This document shows positions 19,845 to 33,100 of a DNA stretch of 39,432 nt, piece after piece (position 1 is the stretch's first letter; each line of letters starts with the position of its first letter). The stretch is from Mitosporidium daphniae (Eukaryota), in contig NW_013546412.1 in assembly GCF_000760515.2 (NCBI RefSeq), positions 1 through 39,432 on the forward strand, written 5' to 3'. Made by a program: the position numbers and the translations under genes. Under the pieces are notes generated by a model, which was not told where the DNA came from, made no database searches, and saw only the letters and a list, made by a program, of their open reading frames with translations.

Positions 19845-21550
19845 ATGCGCTCGGTAAGAATGTGCTAAATTGGGAAATTATTTAATGCATCAATTTTGTT
19901 CATCTTTAGGTCCTTTTTTTTTTGATTGGGGTGCTGTTTGCCGTTGCTTGGGTCTTTCTCGTGCACTACGAGATTTCTTCAGATCTTGAATCGAGAAATA
20001 TTAACCCCGATGTTCTTCTGTTTTTTAAAAGGAAAATCCAATGGGCCGCAAACAGCAGCGCCCAGAATATTTATGCAGAGAATTCGCAAAAGCATGGAAA
20101 GGCAGAAAATTTTGTAAAAGACGATCCACTTCGCACAGGTATTTGGTCCTCGTTGTGGGGGGATCGGATTTTTGGCTTTTGGCGCTTTTTTAAAGAAAGT
20201 CTTTTTGTTAACCAATTTTTGTCAAAAACGGTCGCCGAAAATCTTGATGAGGAAGACGAAAATTACGATATCTCAAAGTTTGATTCTTTTAAGGATGAGG
20301 AGCTTAATGGTCCTCTTGGAAAAACCATAGGCAAAGCCCGTTTTTATCGCAGCAAAAAGCCCAAAGCACAAAAAAAAAGGAAAAGAAAAAAATCGATGCG
20401 CGATGACGATGAATGGTCTTCTGATGCGCACGAAATTTGCGAGGCTTGTAACTGGGTCCCATCAAAAAAAGACACACCGCAATCTTTTTCTGAGGATCGA
20501 AGAAGCGACAAAAGTAGACTACGAATAGTGGAGTTCAATGCTGAATGGCTCTACCTGAATGGTGGGAAGGGCTCATTAAAATGCCCAGGGTTTCAATGTC
20601 CATGGAAGGCAAGTCTTCACACTAAGCAATAGGACAAAAAAGAGGCACAAAAACATTTAGAAAGGGTCGGGGAACTCCTGAAATCTCTCGATGCAGATAT
20701 GGTGCACATCAACGAGTTGGAGGGGTGTGGTGTATTGGCGGCTCTTATTGCTGAAATGGGAGCACAAGGCATACTCAAGGGGTACCTTGTGCCCGGCTCA
20801 GATTCCTCAACTGGTATGCAGTTGGCTCTCATTGACGATAGGGCAAAATGTGGGGATTCTTACCAAAATTGATCCCACTCGCCCACTTAAGCGGAGCGAA
20901 GTTAGAGTCTCATACCCTGTGGAGGGCTCAAAGTGCAAAAGCAAAGCACAGGGACTTACCGCGGTGTCGAAGCATTATCTGGCCCAATTTAAAATCTTAT
21001 TGACTGACGGAGAGGCTTTGGATTTTTACATGCTTGGATGCCATTTGCTTGCATATCCCACAGATCCTAAAAGATGTTCGATGCGGGAGGCGCAAGCACA
21101 TGTAATGCGGCACTTTTTGAAAACCGAGATATCCAAAACTGGCATTTCGGAGGCAATAATTTTGGGCGACATTAACGACTTTGATGAGGAAGTTAAAGTG
21201 CCCTATCAGCGCCCTTCAAAGTCACGGGTTTGATTTTGTTTCCAATTTCAATAGGTTCTGAGCATCCTTAAAGCTTCACACACATCCATGTTGAAAAATG
21301 TAGCACACATGATTCCATTTGAAGATCGCTACTCATGTTGGTACGATCGGAATGGAAATTGCTTCGATGACGGCAATAAGGAGCGGTCTCTTATTGGTAA
21401 AGAGCGGCTTCAATTATTGTAGATCACGGCCTAATTAGCGAAAAGCTCCATTCTCGTGTGACGAACGTCCAATTTTACCATCAGTATGGAATGAGTTGCA
21501 GAAATCGAACTTCAGACCACTGGCCACTCATCATTGACATAGCGACATGA
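19845..21550 (+). CDS. Endonuclease/exonuclease/phosphatase (EEP) family protein with N-terminal signal or anchor, 5 introns
   Basis: MRSVLFFLIGVLFAVAW; RIVEFNAEWL, DADMVHINELE, GCHL, ILGDIND, LIDH, SDHWP. Introns 19854-19909, 20609-20632 (GC-AG), 20814-20841, 21228-21254, 21397-21422. Confidence 0.88.
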
Positions 21551-21853
21551 GCACAGAAACAAGGATCAAATCGTAACACGAAAGCAAGCAAAGGTAAGGC
21601 TTATCTGGCTACTGGAATGCAGTAATGAGCGGAAGAAACCTTATTTCAATAAATTTACAATAAAATACGAGCTACAGGCAATTTATGCCCAGTAGTTTTA
21701 TTTAGCCTTACTAATGCCATCGGAATTTCCTGCTTGCACGTGCATAAATGCATCTTGTGTTGGTGCTTAATTATAATTTACAATTTACGGAACATTTACA
21801 GATTCCGATTTATTGCGTGCAAATTAAATTTAATTTCAACGGTCATCACATTC

Positions 21854-23119
21854 ATGTTGACCAGATCTCGCGCCCAATCAAAACGAAAGGAATCTTCGTT
21901 CACAGAAAATTCCAGTGCCACACAAGAGGTTTCACCGGCCAAATGCAATGGGTCAGCACCGGTTGCACCTGCTTCGCCCGTGTTGCCACCAGCGTGTGTT
22001 CCGGAATCCCATGAACCTCGGTCTTTGATTCCTCCCGTATTTGCCCTTGTTGCGTCTCTTGCTTTCGGTGCTTGCTACATAAATTTCGGATCCCCTGGGA
22101 TGGGCGAATATATCTCCGCCGCCTGCTGTGGCGTTTTGGGGCTTTTACTGTTTGTTTCCATGGCCTTCATCCCCGACGGTCCGTTCATCCGACCTTCTCA
22201 AATCATGTGGCGCATTGCTCTTGGCATTGGCCTTTTTTACATGTGTATCCTGATTCCGTTCCTTTTTATTCCTCTTGAGACTGCGCGCGAGGCTCTGCGC
22301 ATTGTTTTCGACAGCCGCCTCGGCGTTCCATTGCCATCCCGTTCATACGCAGAAGCCTGTGGGCTGGACACGTGGCAAACCATTTTCGACCAGCTCGATG
22401 TTTTTGTGGCGCTTCACATTTTTGGCTGGGTCTTTAAAGCACTGATCTATCGAGATGTTTTTTTCTGCTGGATTTTGAGCATTGCCTTTGAGCTTTTGGA
22501 GTATGCACTACAACATCAGCTCCCGAATTTTGCAGAATGCTGGTGGGATCATTGGATCCTAGATGTGCTTCTATGCAACGCCATTGGAATCCTCGTGGGA
22601 CTGGTTCTGGGCCGCTTTCTTTGCGTCAAGCCGTTCGCATGGGCATATTCTAGCTCTCGTTTCGAGCAAAAACCCACCTCTTTGGCCACGAAATCCTTCA
22701 AAAACTATCTTCAAGTCCTGTTTCTGCTGGTTGGCTCTTTGACTGCCGAGATCACCTGCTTCTATATTAAGCATCTGCTGTGGATTCCGACCGTGCATCC
22801 GCTCAATGCCTTTCGCTTACTTTTGATAGTCTTTCTTGGTTCTGGAGCTGTGCGTGAATTTTACGACCTGTTTTCTAAAGACTGCCATAAATCATCCACG
22901 ACTCAAAAAGCTCGGCCCTTCGCTGCTGTCACATCGATCATCCTTATCTTCGAGTCGATCATCTGCGTACGGTGGGGACAAGACCAGTTTCCGAATCCAG
23001 CTCCATTGGAGGTGAAAGTTTGTGCACTTTTTGCTGCTTTTGTTCTTCTTGTCCTTATTCCAACATTATTATTTATCCTGCCCTCAATATTCGGTAAGCA
23101 TAAGAAGGAGTCCAAGTAA
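21854..23119 (+). CDS. Phosphatidylserine synthase, base-exchange (PTDSS/PSS) family
   Basis: PDGPFIRP...WR and FELLEYALQHQLPNFAECWWDHWILDVLLCNAIGI, with multiple TM helices. ATG 21854 follows an AAATT tract. Confidence 0.93.
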   Translation: MLTRSRAQSKRKESSFTENSSATQEVSPAKCNGSAPVAPASPVLPPACVPESHEPRSLIPPVFALVASLAFGACYINFGSPGMGEYISAACCGVLGLLLFVSMAFIPDGPFIRPSQIMWRIALGIGLFYMCILIPFLFIPLETAREALRIVFDSRLGVPLPSRSYAEACGLDTWQTIFDQLDVFVALHIFGWVFKALIYRDVFFCWILSIAFELLEYALQHQLPNFAECWWDHWILDVLLCNAIGILVGLVLGRFLCVKPFAWAYSSSRFEQKPTSLATKSFKNYLQVLFLLVGSLTAEITCFYIKHLLWIPTVHPLNAFRLLLIVFLGSGAVREFYDLFSKDCHKSSTTQKARPFAAVTSIILIFESIICVRWGQDQFPNPAPLEVKVCALFAAFVLLVLIPTLLFILPSIFGKHKKESK

Positions 23120-23303
23120 TTTATCAATAAATCAGTACATATCCACATGTAACTGGGGTTGATTTTTTCTTTCTTGGAAAAGTTTCATCATCGCAACCTT
23201 AAATTTGGGATGGACAGCCATATTATGTGCACATTTTAAACTTTACAATAAATAACATGACAACGGTACGTTTCGTTGTATTTTGTACCATTGCGATAGC
23301 AAC

Positions 23304-23627
23304 ATGCAGGGGCAGTTGAATTTGCCCGCGCGGAAGGCAACCTTTCTTGACAATAAAAAAAAGCACTTGCTCAAAAGGGAGTATGGTGACATTGCTGTGG
23401 GAACCGAGCGGAAAGAAATCCTAAGATTCTTGAGGGACTATGACCTGAGAACAAAATATGGCCCCTGTATAGGGATGAGCCGAAGGGAACGCATGGAGCG
23501 GGCCGTAAATATTCTCAAAACAGACCGGGAGTACCTTGCACAGGTCAAAACATATTTGAATGCCTATGCGGCGGGTGATTCGGAAATTTCTGAACCTCTC
23601 TGGAGCAATGTAGATCCAAAACCTTAA
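23304..23627 (+). CDS. POLD4: DNA polymerase delta subunit 4 (p12/Cdm1)
   Basis: LRDYDLRTKYGPCIGMSRRERMERA. Start ambiguous: ATG 23304, or ATG 23257 with intron 23266-23309. Confidence 0.85.
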   Translation: MQGQLNLPARKATFLDNKKKHLLKREYGDIAVGTERKEILRFLRDYDLRTKYGPCIGMSRRERMERAVNILKTDREYLAQVKTYLNAYAAGDSEISEPLWSNVDPKP

Positions 23628-23737
23628 GGAAATTGAAATTAAATTAAACATTAAAACTAAAATTAAAACTTAACATTCCAGAATATTCGAGAAGCATGAA
23701 GACACCGTTATTTTTTGGAAATTTTTCGAATTTTGAA

Positions 23738-25009
23738 ATGGTTCGAGATAAGAAGCTTTATGACATCCTTGAAGTTCCTCCGACAGCAACTGAAGCCGAG
23801 TTGAAAAAGGCATACAGACGGCTAGCCTTGGCCAACCATCCAGACAAAAATCCAAATGCTGGAGACAAATTTAAAGAGATTTCACATGCTTACGAAGTGC
23901 TGTCTAATTCCCAAAAGCGAAAAGTATATGATGCTTACGGCGAGGAAGGTCTCAACGGCGATGCCGGTGCTGGAGGTATGGGCGGTGTTTCGCCTGAGGA
24001 CCTCTTTTCCCAATTCTTTGGTGGCGCTTTTGGAGGCGGTGGCTTCTTTGGTGGTGCCGGTGGTTCGGGATCCTCAGCTGGGTCCTCAGGACCTCGCCGA
24101 GGTAAAGATGTCAAACATGCTTTAAAGGTTTCTCTGGAGGATCTTTATTGTGGTAAGGTCTCCAAATTGGCTCTGCGCAAATCTGTCATGTGTGACAAAT
24201 GCAATGGCCGCGGAGGCAAAGATGGAACGTCTCTTCAAAAATGTACGTCTTGCTCAGGCTCTGGGGTTAGAGTTACCATCCGACAGATGGGAATGATGAT
24301 CCAGCAAATGCAGACGACTTGCCCCGATTGTGAAGGCGAGGGCGAGCTTCTTCCGGCAAAAGACCGCTGCAAAGGCTGCTCAGGCAAGCGGACTGTGGAA
24401 GAAAAAAAGGTACTAGAAGTTCACGTGGATCGCGGAATGTTGGACGGCCAAGAGATCCGATTCTCTGGCGAAGGCGACCAAGGCCCGAATATTATTCCTG
24501 GCGATGTGATCATTGTGCTGGAAGAAAAACCGCACGACCTTTTCAAAAGAAAGCAATCTGATCTTTTCTGTAAAGTCCAGATCGACCTACTTACAGCTCT
24601 TGCAGGAGGCACTGCTGATTTAACCCACCTTGATGGCCGTATCATTCGGATTTCCATTCTGCCTGGAGAGTTGATCAAGCCAGACCAATTGAAGCAGGTT
24701 ACGGGCGAGGGCATGCCCACGTACAGACGACCATATGACAAGGGGCACCTTTTTGTTCAGTTTGACGTGCAATTTCCAGATTCCTCCACTTGGGCCACCA
24801 AGCTGACGCCGGAGAAAATATCAATGCTTGAAAATGTGCTGCCAGCAAGGAGAGCCTTACCGACACATGGTGCTTCCGCTACAATTGAAGAGGTCGTGCT
24901 TGCAGAGCCGGATCTGAGACGGGCAGATCGCAACTCTGCCTCGCAAGACGACGATGACCACCAGGGCGGCCACCACCGCGGTGCAGGCATCCAATGTGCC
25001 AATCAGTAG
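23738..25009 (+). CDS. YDJ1: Type I Hsp40/DnaJ chaperone
   Basis: J domain with HPD, G/F region, four CxxCxGxG-type repeats, C-terminal CaaX (CANQ). Confidence 0.97.
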   Translation: MVRDKKLYDILEVPPTATEAELKKAYRRLALANHPDKNPNAGDKFKEISHAYEVLSNSQKRKVYDAYGEEGLNGDAGAGGMGGVSPEDLFSQFFGGAFGGGGFFGGAGGSGSSAGSSGPRRGKDVKHALKVSLEDLYCGKVSKLALRKSVMCDKCNGRGGKDGTSLQKCTSCSGSGVRVTIRQMGMMIQQMQTTCPDCEGEGELLPAKDRCKGCSGKRTVEEKKVLEVHVDRGMLDGQEIRFSGEGDQGPNIIPGDVIIVLEEKPHDLFKRKQSDLFCKVQIDLLTALAGGTADLTHLDGRIIRISILPGELIKPDQLKQVTGEGMPTYRRPYDKGHLFVQFDVQFPDSSTWATKLTPEKISMLENVLPARRALPTHGASATIEEVVLAEPDLRRADRNSASQDDDDHQGGHHRGAGIQCANQ

Positions 25010-25098
25010 CGAGTATGCGCATAAATTTATGACAACCATTTCGACGTTGGTGGCAAATTTGAGTTTAAATTTAATTTCAACCGAGCTGATTGTTTCAG

Positions 25099-25665
25099 AT
25101 GGCTACTGCGGCTGGGGCGCTACGCGGTACCCATGCGGTAATCTCCACCATCGATGGCAAGGACAAGGCATTGAAGATAATCCAGTATGCGGCAAAGCTC
25201 TATTTGAGCTTAGGACTCGTACGGGGCTCTTCATCTATAAAAGGGCTGGCACGAGCGCTCTCTGCAGCGCGAAGGATATATCGTCTTGGACGTGCCTTTC
25301 CCGATACGGCAAATCAAATCGAGGCAAAGGGCTCTCCATCATTTGTAGAGCTGTGCGGAATAGTGACAGACTGGATTGATGATATTCTGACCATCGACAT
25401 GCTCCTTTCGCTTGACATTAGTGGTAAAGACCACCTTGAGAGAGTTAGCACCTCGCTTTGGTTGCTGACTACCATTTATGAGCTAATGCGGCGGAGCAAT
25501 AGCGGAATCAAACAGTGTAAGCTGATGAGCGACACCATATTTTGTGTGATCGAGCTGAGTGACGCTGCCTCGACCAGACGGGCCGCTGCCACCGGACAGG
25601 CTGTCGCAGGGCTTGCCGCGGCCCTGTTTGCCGTAGCTGCAAAGGTGATGGCACCACGGGTGTAA
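25099..25665 (+). CDS. PEX11: Peroxin PEX11 family protein
   Basis: STIDGKDKALKIIQYAAKL and amphipathic LSAARRIYRLGR match the PEX11 N-terminal motifs. Confidence 0.8.
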   Translation: MATAAGALRGTHAVISTIDGKDKALKIIQYAAKLYLSLGLVRGSSSIKGLARALSAARRIYRLGRAFPDTANQIEAKGSPSFVELCGIVTDWIDDILTIDMLLSLDISGKDHLERVSTSLWLLTTIYELMRRSNSGIKQCKLMSDTIFCVIELSDAASTRRAAATGQAVAGLAAALFAVAAKVMAPRV

Positions 25666-25697
25666 AATTAAAATTTCAACCCTTTTTATTTTCAAAA

Positions 25698-27370
25698 ATG
25701 AATAAAGGCAAGCGGCCAGTAGCTCTGGGCCGAGAGTCGCTTTTGCGCGAATATGCAGAGCGGCAGATAAGCAATAGCTTTGCAGATCGCAGAATCAACA
25801 AGTCTGCATTGGATCGCTTCACAGCGGAGCATCGACGCCGTTTCAAGATCTCCAAGCGGGCGGCTTCTCGCATGAAATTTGCGCTTGGCGATGAAGAGAT
25901 CACATTGACGCATCGCGGCCGTGCACTTGGCGATGAGCAATCAACAGATGATGACAATGAAGGGTCCGAATCAGGCGGAGAGCTCTCTGCAGAGCATGTC
26001 CACGAATCTCATTTCGGGGGCCATCGGTCCAAGGCAGAGGTAATGCGAGAGGTCATGTGCAAGTCAAAGCGACATAAGGCAGAGCGGCAAGCCCAACACC
26101 GTATGGATGAGGAGCTGCAGGATGAGCTTGATGAAGAGTTTGGAGATATTCGTGGCCTGCTTTCGTTCGCTCCAAAAGGCCCTGTCGCCTCTGTGTCTGG
26201 TGCATTCGAGGATATCGTAACGACTCTCCAAAGTGAGCGAAAGAAGGCTGTTGCTACTAGCCGTACGCCTAGCTCTGCTGAAAAAGCAGCGTATTTACGC
26301 GATGCTGAGCAGGCTCGCCTTGCTCGTGAGCTTGATTTACCGGAGAGCGAACAAAACGACCATGAATCAGAAGACACAAACGCCTACAACAAAGTCATGG
26401 GAAATGTCCATGCTGATGAAGAAGAAACAGAAGCTGTCGTTGAAAAACACGACAAAGCAAGTGAAAAAGCCATGCGTTTAATTTCGGATGGCGGTTCACG
26501 TCAGAACGAAATATCTGTGTACACGCTACTAGAACAACTACTAGAAGCTGTTGATCAGGCGGGCTGTGGTCAGGAATGGTTTGTCGAGCGGATCCTTCAA
26601 TTGGAGGCCACAGTAAGGATTCTGCCTTCCGATTTGCTTCGCGGATTTGCAGTCGCCATACAAAAGCTTCTTTTTGCGCCCCTGGAGGCGAAAAAACTTT
26701 TTCTACTCGGAATCATTATCGAGCGGATTTTCAGTGTTACAGATGCACGACACTCGGTGGCGACTGTTTTTGTTTTGGTTCTAACAGGGCAAATTTATTC
26801 TTTTGAGCATGCAGGCGACATTCTTCGTGGATCACTGCTACTGTTGCGTCTGGCCGGGGCCCGTCGCCATTTGGTGTCAGAGGCCATCCATGGCCTCAAT
26901 GCCGTGCTCGAACTCACAGCTACACCTTTCAAGGCCCATTCGTGTGAGACAGACGATGTTGCTGCCATCAGCGATTGGGAACTGTTCATGGGGCCATTGC
27001 TGCAGGCAAAGCGTATGGCGAGCATTGCCCAAGCAGCTCTTTGTTACGCAAAGCGCCGGCTGGCTGAAAACCAACCTTCTGCAGATTCCATTTTATGTGC
27101 ACCGATGACGATGCTTGTGGAGCGGCGTGTCAAAGCACCACGGTTACTTGAGCCTGTGCTTGCTGACCATTTAAAGAAACGTCGAGATGCCAAGGACGAG
27201 GGGTCATACCTGCGCTCTGCTCACCGCAGAGAGCATCGGGGTGCTATCCGCGAGCTGCGCCGAGATACCAAAGTTCTTGCCTCGGTCAAACACGCCGCTG
27301 TACGCCAGCGAAGAGAGGCTAATTCTGCACTTGCAGGTCGCCCCTACACTTTGCACTAGAACAGCAATAA
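25698..27370 (+). CDS. NOP14: Nucleolar protein Nop14 (shortened)
   Basis: FADRR, LTHRGRAL, HFGG, RSKAEVMREVMCKSKRHKAERQ, RREHRGAIRELRRD. Possible terminal intron 27337-27359; otherwise the stop is at 27359. Confidence 0.92.
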
Positions 27371-27585
27371 GCTTGTCGCCACACAATATTTAATAAACGC
27401 ATAATAACTTCCGATCTGATAACTGTCAAAATGGGTGTTATGCCACTCCTCGATCAACAATCGGAGTGGCAGGCCCCTATTCAAGCTTGAGTGTCGATTG
27501 AAATAGGCAGCTCAGCAAATGCCCGGGTCTCGATTGTTTTAAAAGCGCTTTTATTAACAAATAACGATGGGCTAATTTAGAGGCA

Positions 27586-28456
27586 TCATTGGCTCTTTTT
27601 AATCTCGGGACGCTCTAGACCCAGCTGTTCCATGACCTCTGGTGGACGGAGCGCAAGACCCTCTGCCAGCATGTGTACGACGTTCATGCACTAAACATGA
27701 GTAGATACCAAGACAAACGCTACCTTTTGTTCAATCTTTTTCTCCTGCTTGACGAGCGCAGAATATTTGGCATCAAGAGCCTTTTTTTCTTGCAAATCCA
27801 CCATTCCAGATGTGCTGGAAAGCACATGCATTCGCTGCTCGGCAATGGCATTCTACAACAATAAATACGTCATGAAAGAGTAGAAAGTGCGGAAAATTGA
27901 TGCGGAAATTTGTATCTACATTTGCGGAAAGCGTAGCAATGTTAGCACGAAGGGCCTTTAGAGTGGGCTTTGACGAGAGCACTTGCAGCTCAGCAGCGAG
28001 AGTCTTCTGCTCCGCAGAGATGCTGGAAAGGGTCTCCTTAAGCGAAGCTAGCAGGGTATCCATCGATTCAAGCTCCTCTGGGGTAGGTATTTCAAACTCA
28101 TCCTTCAAATTAGCTAAATCTGACACAAAAAAGAGCAAAGCCGAAAATAGAAATGTCAAAAACGCAAAAGTGGAAGAAAAGCTCAGGCTGCAAGAAATTT
28201 AAAGCGCTATTGTTACCTGTGACGCCACGTATACAGTCTGCTTTCCATACGCCTTTTCGGTAACCCTTTTGGCCTTCACTAGTGCTGAAAGAGCCTTTTG
28301 GGCTGCAGCCTTTGGATAAGCACTGTGCAAATTCAAGACAATATCATTGACGGAGTATGGCCTGTTCTTCTCTTGCAAATATGTCAGTATTGCTGTCTCT
28401 GTGGCAGTTGCAGATGATTGCAGGGCACTTTTCCTTTTGGCAACGGCAGGCGCCAT
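27586..28456 (-). CDS. HOP2: Meiotic recombination protein Hop2 (TBPIP/PSMC3IP), 3 introns
   Basis: Winged helix ILTYLQEKNRPYSVNDIVLNL...EKAYGKQTVYVASQ, coiled coil, C-terminal EQLGLE. Introns 28103-28216, 27853-27919, 27691-27723. Confidence 0.88.
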
Positions 28457-28927
28457 AAAAGCTTGCAAATTATATGGAAAATTTATGGACTCCACGCTGC
28501 ATATGCACTGCGCCTCCGGTTTAAACTTCAACACCGTGGCTAAATTTTACTGGCCCCAAGTCCACCTTGGCGTCCATTGAGCAATATATCGTAACAATTG
28601 TCATGCTGACGCTTTCGATGCATCGATTTTGTTTAAAAATAAAGCTTGTAATGCTGCCCAGAATACCCTTGTGTCTTGGACGAAATTTTCCGACAAGCGT
28701 CTTCCTAAATGTGGATGCCCCAATAAGTTCAGCTCAATATTGGCTGTTCAATCTCGGTGGCCCACAAGATGTCAAACGATGGAAAAGAATTTTTCTTGCC
28801 CTCCTTTTGATTTGCAGGACACTTGGTATTTGTAGAGATATTTTATAAATTTTGTCGCCGTCGGTACCATTTCCCACGATCAGCTAATCGAGGAGGGTTA
28901 GCGTTAAATTGTAACGGAAACTTTTAA

Positions 28928-30739
<1,812 letters not shown>

Positions 30740-30952
30740 ACCGGGCTAGATTTATTGACAACATATGGATTGCTTGTCTCTCCATAGCTTCGATCATAAA
30801 AGATGCCTTTGTTAAATTGCAAGGCTAGCTACATGATGCACGTAACTTGAAGCGGCTGATTGCCGTAAATGGCAAAGGCAGACAACCTGCTAATGGGAAT
30901 GGAAATTGATAATTGTGGTTTATTGTGGAGTTAGCGTTAATAGTTGAGCACA

Positions 30953-31879
30953 CTAATCAAAAAGACCAAAGCCCATTTCTTGATCAGATTCCTCCTCTGG
31001 CTCCTCCTTTGCAGCAGCCTTGGCGGGCGCAGCGGAAGCTGCCGGAGCAGCTGCAGCTGGTGCAAATGCCTGCGGGTTAGCAAGGGCATCCTTAAGGCGC
31101 TGAGAGGCTGGGAATGAATAATCGGTAGAAAGGGAGCAGGCAAGAAGATCCTTGAACCCATTGATAAGCATATGAGGAACGGAGGCAACAGTTGGGAATG
31201 AAATGGCAAGAGAAATGGCCGCAATATCATTCAACGTCGAATTATAGATCTTCATCATCGATTCTTCGGTAATATCGAGCATTTCCGGTCCAAAGATGGC
31301 ACCGTTGTCATAAACACTCTCGAGAACAAACCCATACTTGAAAGGCATAATACTTAACATGCTAAGCAACTCTGCCTCGGAGGCACCGACGCGATGGCCC
31401 TCCTTGAGGAGCGAAACCTCGTTGAGGATTTCAATTGCTCCTTTGACGACCTTTGTCGGAATTCCAAGCGTCTGAAAGAATGACGTCTTATCTGGAGAAA
31501 TTCCAGTATTTCCGGGAGGAATGATCACATCGCATTGCGAAACAGTGCCGACCTTGGCAGGGGCATCGATCTTGTTCGAAAGGATAATGTCGCGAACTTC
31601 CTTTAAATCTTCATTGGTAAAGACAAACCCAACGTTTCCTTTGATCACGGGAAAGAGAGCCTCAATATCTGGAAGCTCAGAGACAATGTCGCGCATGGCT
31701 TTCTTAATCATGGTATTTTTTCCCATCAGAAGAACAGCCTTTCCACGGATGGAATGACGGATTTGGTGCATTTGGGTGGAAGAGACATTATCAACACCAA
31801 CAACAAAGATTTTACGGTAAGTACGGAAAAGGTCGTGGACCTTTCCAAAATAATCAGACTTTCTATCTCCCTTTGACAT
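30953..31879 (-). CDS. RPP0: 60S acidic ribosomal protein P0 (uL10)
   Basis: VGVDNVSSTQMHQIR, LMGKNTMIKKA, IKGNVGFVFTN, C-terminal EESDQEMGFGLFD. ATG at 31879. Confidence 0.98.
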   Translation of the reverse strand: MSKGDRKSDYFGKVHDLFRTYRKIFVVGVDNVSSTQMHQIRHSIRGKAVLLMGKNTMIKKAMRDIVSELPDIEALFPVIKGNVGFVFTNEDLKEVRDIILSNKIDAPAKVGTVSQCDVIIPPGNTGISPDKTSFFQTLGIPTKVVKGAIEILNEVSLLKEGHRVGASEAELLSMLSIMPFKYGFVLESVYDNGAIFGPEMLDITEESMMKIYNSTLNDIAAISLAISFPTVASVPHMLINGFKDLLACSLSTDYSFPASQRLKDALANPQAFAPAAAAPAASAAPAKAAAKEEPEEESDQEMGFGLFD

Positions 31880-32103
31880 CTTCGTAGATTTTCGAAAATT
31901 AGATATAGTGCTCAAGGGGCGCTTAGCGTTTCAAGATAGAATCTAAAAAATAAGGACATGAACAGCAGAAACAAAAACGTTGACGGATGAAAACAATCAA
32001 AATGGCGGAAGAAATGAGAGCATGCAAATTACCCTTTGGATATCTCAAAAATTTTCATTTTGCAATTAGCTTGTAAATTTAATTAAATTTTAACGTTTAT
32101 TTT

Positions 32104-33029
32104 TTACGAAACAAGAGACATTTGGGAAATTTGATTGGCAATTTCCTTTCTCAATTCCTCGGTAGAAAGGATTTCAACGACCGGATTTCCCGAAATATCA
32201 AGCTTCAAAATGGACACCTCAACTACGAAAAAATCAAAACCAAAACATACCGGTAGCAACAATGTCTGAGAGATCAAGTTCGTCCATCGTGTCAGCATTG
32301 GTTGGATCACCTGCCTTTATATCGTCCTCTTCATTGTTGGCCTCTTCTTCGTCGCCAATCAAAACATGACGAAGGGTTCTAAATGCGAGATCTTTTACTT
32401 CGACCAGGGATAGACCTTCAGAAAACTCGTTTTTCAAGAATGACTGGGCCGCTTGAGATTGCGCTCCAACCGCCGTGGCTTTCCATGCCGAGTAGTTTCC
32501 AGATGGATCCGAATGATATAGTTGAAATCCAAGGCTTTTGTCATAGCCGGCATACAAAAGCGAAACGCCAAAGGGACGCAGGCCGCCCATTTGAGTGAAC
32601 CCCTGCTTTAGATTTCCAATACGCTGCACCAATAGCTCAATTGGGATATTGGAAGAGAAGCTCCTCCAATATTCCAGACTTTTAGACCGTGCCTCTTTGA
32701 CAAGAATATTGGCGTCGGCGGTGAGCCCAGCGACGGCCGCAACTAAGTGGCTACATGGCATTACGATAACAAAAAGTACTTGTCTATTTTAAAAATTTTC
32801 TCCATTGAATTCTAAATGAGTAAATTCATGTAAATAAAAACCCTACCTGATGGGGCTCCTCCAGAGTGCCAGAAATTTTTCTCCTCACCGCGACGAGTGC
32901 AATTCCATCAGAGGCCATGATGCCGAGGGTAAGACCTGCATGGGAAATTGCCTCCATTGCATACTCTACTTGATACAACCGTCCTTCAGGGGAGAATGTT
33001 GTCGTTCGAGAATCATATTTTCGCGACAT
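32104..33029 (-). CDS. PRE9: 20S proteasome subunit alpha-3, 3 introns
   Basis: [53 protein letters not shown]. Introns 32812-32846, 32751-32779, 32223-32250. Confidence 0.96.
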
Positions 33030-33100
33030 TGAGGTTGATTAAGAAGATCAAAATTAAAATTTGGCTTTGGCCATTAAATTTTATCAAATTTAATTTTACA

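Noticed and set aside
19885..19923. Apparent poly-T frameshift between ATG 19885 and the EEP ORF
   Set aside because: ATG 19845 plus intron 19854-19909 (GTAAGA...TTTAG) restores the frame without any error.
21734..21853. TTG/GTG-initiated or upstream extensions in the ORF track (also 8568, 10731, 23696, 28534, 31915, 32948)
   Set aside because: They run through AT-rich promoter tracts; downstream ATGs fit the family N-termini and the AAATT context better.
28486..28848. Short plus-strand ORFs between HOP2 and RBBP4
   Set aside because: No coherent spliced model or recognisable motif; left unresolved.
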